Positions 62,870 to 64,000 of a stretch of DNA of 64,000 nucleotides are shown here, one piece after another. Position 1 is the stretch's first letter, and each line of letters begins with the position of its first letter. The notes beneath the pieces are model-generated. The model worked only from the letters and a program-made list of their open reading frames with translations. It was not told the DNA's origin and did not search any database. Made by a program: the position numbers and the translations under genes. Where the stretch lies: positions 1-64,000 of the forward strand of contig JAUCBJ010003342.1 in the NCBI GenBank assembly GCA_032718475.1, read 5' to 3'. The DNA comes from Nemertoderma westbladi (lineage: Eukaryota > Animalia > Xenacoelomorpha).

Positions 62870-64000
62870 TTGTTCCAAATATGGAACAAATGATTTACTT
62901 GTTCCATATATGGAACGTTGTTCCATATATGGAACAATACTTTGATATTGTTGAATATTAACAATATTGTTCCAAACATGGAACAAATGATTAACTTGTT
63001 CCATATATGGAACAATACTTTAATATTGTTGAATATTAACAATATTGTTCCAAATATGGAACAAATGATTAACCTGTTCCATATATGGAACAATACTTTA
63101 ATATTGTTGAATATTAACAATATTGTTCCAAATATGGAACAAATAATTAACTTGTTCCATATATGGAACAATACTTTAATATTGTTGAATATTAACAATA
63201 TTGTTCCAAATATGGAACAAATGATTAACTTGTTCCATATATGGAACGATACTTTAATATTGTTGAATATTAACAATATTGTTCCAAATATGGAACAAAT
63301 AATTAACTTGTTCCATATATGGAATATTACTTTAATATTTTTGAATATTAACAATATTGTTCCAAATATGGAACAAATAATTAACTTGTTCCAGATATGG
63401 AACAATACTTTAATATTGATGAATATTAACAATTTTGTTCCAAATATGGAACAAATGATTAACTTGTTCCATATATGGAACAATACTTTAATATTGTTGA
63501 ATATTAACAATATTGTTCCAAATATGGAACAAATGATTAACCTGTTCCATATATGGAACAATACTTTAACATTGTTGAATATTAACAATATTGTTCCAAA
63601 TATGGAACAAATGATTAAACTGTTCCATATATGGAATATTACTTTAATATTTTTGAATATTAACAATATTGTTCCAAATATGGAACAAATAATTAACCTG
63701 TTCCATATATGGAACAATACTTTAATATTGTAGAATATTAACAATATTGTTCCAAATATGGAACAAATAATTAACCTGTTCCATATATGGAATATTACTT
63801 TAATATTGCTGAATATTAACAATATTGTTCCATAAAAAGAACAAATGATTAACCTGTTCCATATATGGAACAATACTTTAATATTGCTGAATATTAACAA
63901 TATTGTTCCAAATATGGAACAAATGATTAACTTGTTCCATATATGGAACGATACTTTAATATTGTTGAATATTAACAATATTGTTCCAAATATGGAACAA
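62870..64000. repeat. 78-bp palindromic satellite, about 14 copies, runs off the window
   Basis: Unit contains TTGTTCCAAATATGGAACAA, TTGTTCCATATATGGAACAA and AATATTGTTGAATATTAACAATATT. Confidence 0.97.

Noticed and set aside
62806-63978. 390-aa and 271-aa ORFs
   Set aside because: Translations of the 78-bp satellite.

Overview
AT-rich eukaryotic (invertebrate-like) genomic DNA. Positions 1-43 kb are a nested LTR-retrotransposon stack. A minus-strand BEL/Pao element ('BEL-A': 5' LTR 40186-42780, 3' LTR starting at 8644) contains a complete 18.2-kb plus-strand BEL/Pao element ('BEL-B': 9968-28202, TSD CTTGT), a TTAA piggyBac-type MITE, a solo LTR, another MITE, and a Gypsy element whose RT/RNase H is replaced by a 12-bp repeat. 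Main discovery: both divergent BEL/Pao elements carry, between pol and the 3' LTR, a homologous ~4-kb extra ORF with a WRN/EXD/MUT-7-like DEDDy-type 3'-5' exonuclease domain, three CCHC zinc knuckles and a basic tail. Two cis-elements accompany them: a 20-nt hairpin repeated 9 times across BEL-A in all three reading frames, and a ~165-nt covarying structured RNA just upstream of the BEL-B extra ORF, with a second copy at 315-476. Positions 43-64 kb hold a 5-exon minus-strand host gene for a secreted beta/gamma-crystallin + EGF protein, decayed LINE, CRE and Penelope fragments, a solo LTR, MITEs and minisatellites. All calls come from manual motif reading; no searches or folding programs were run.
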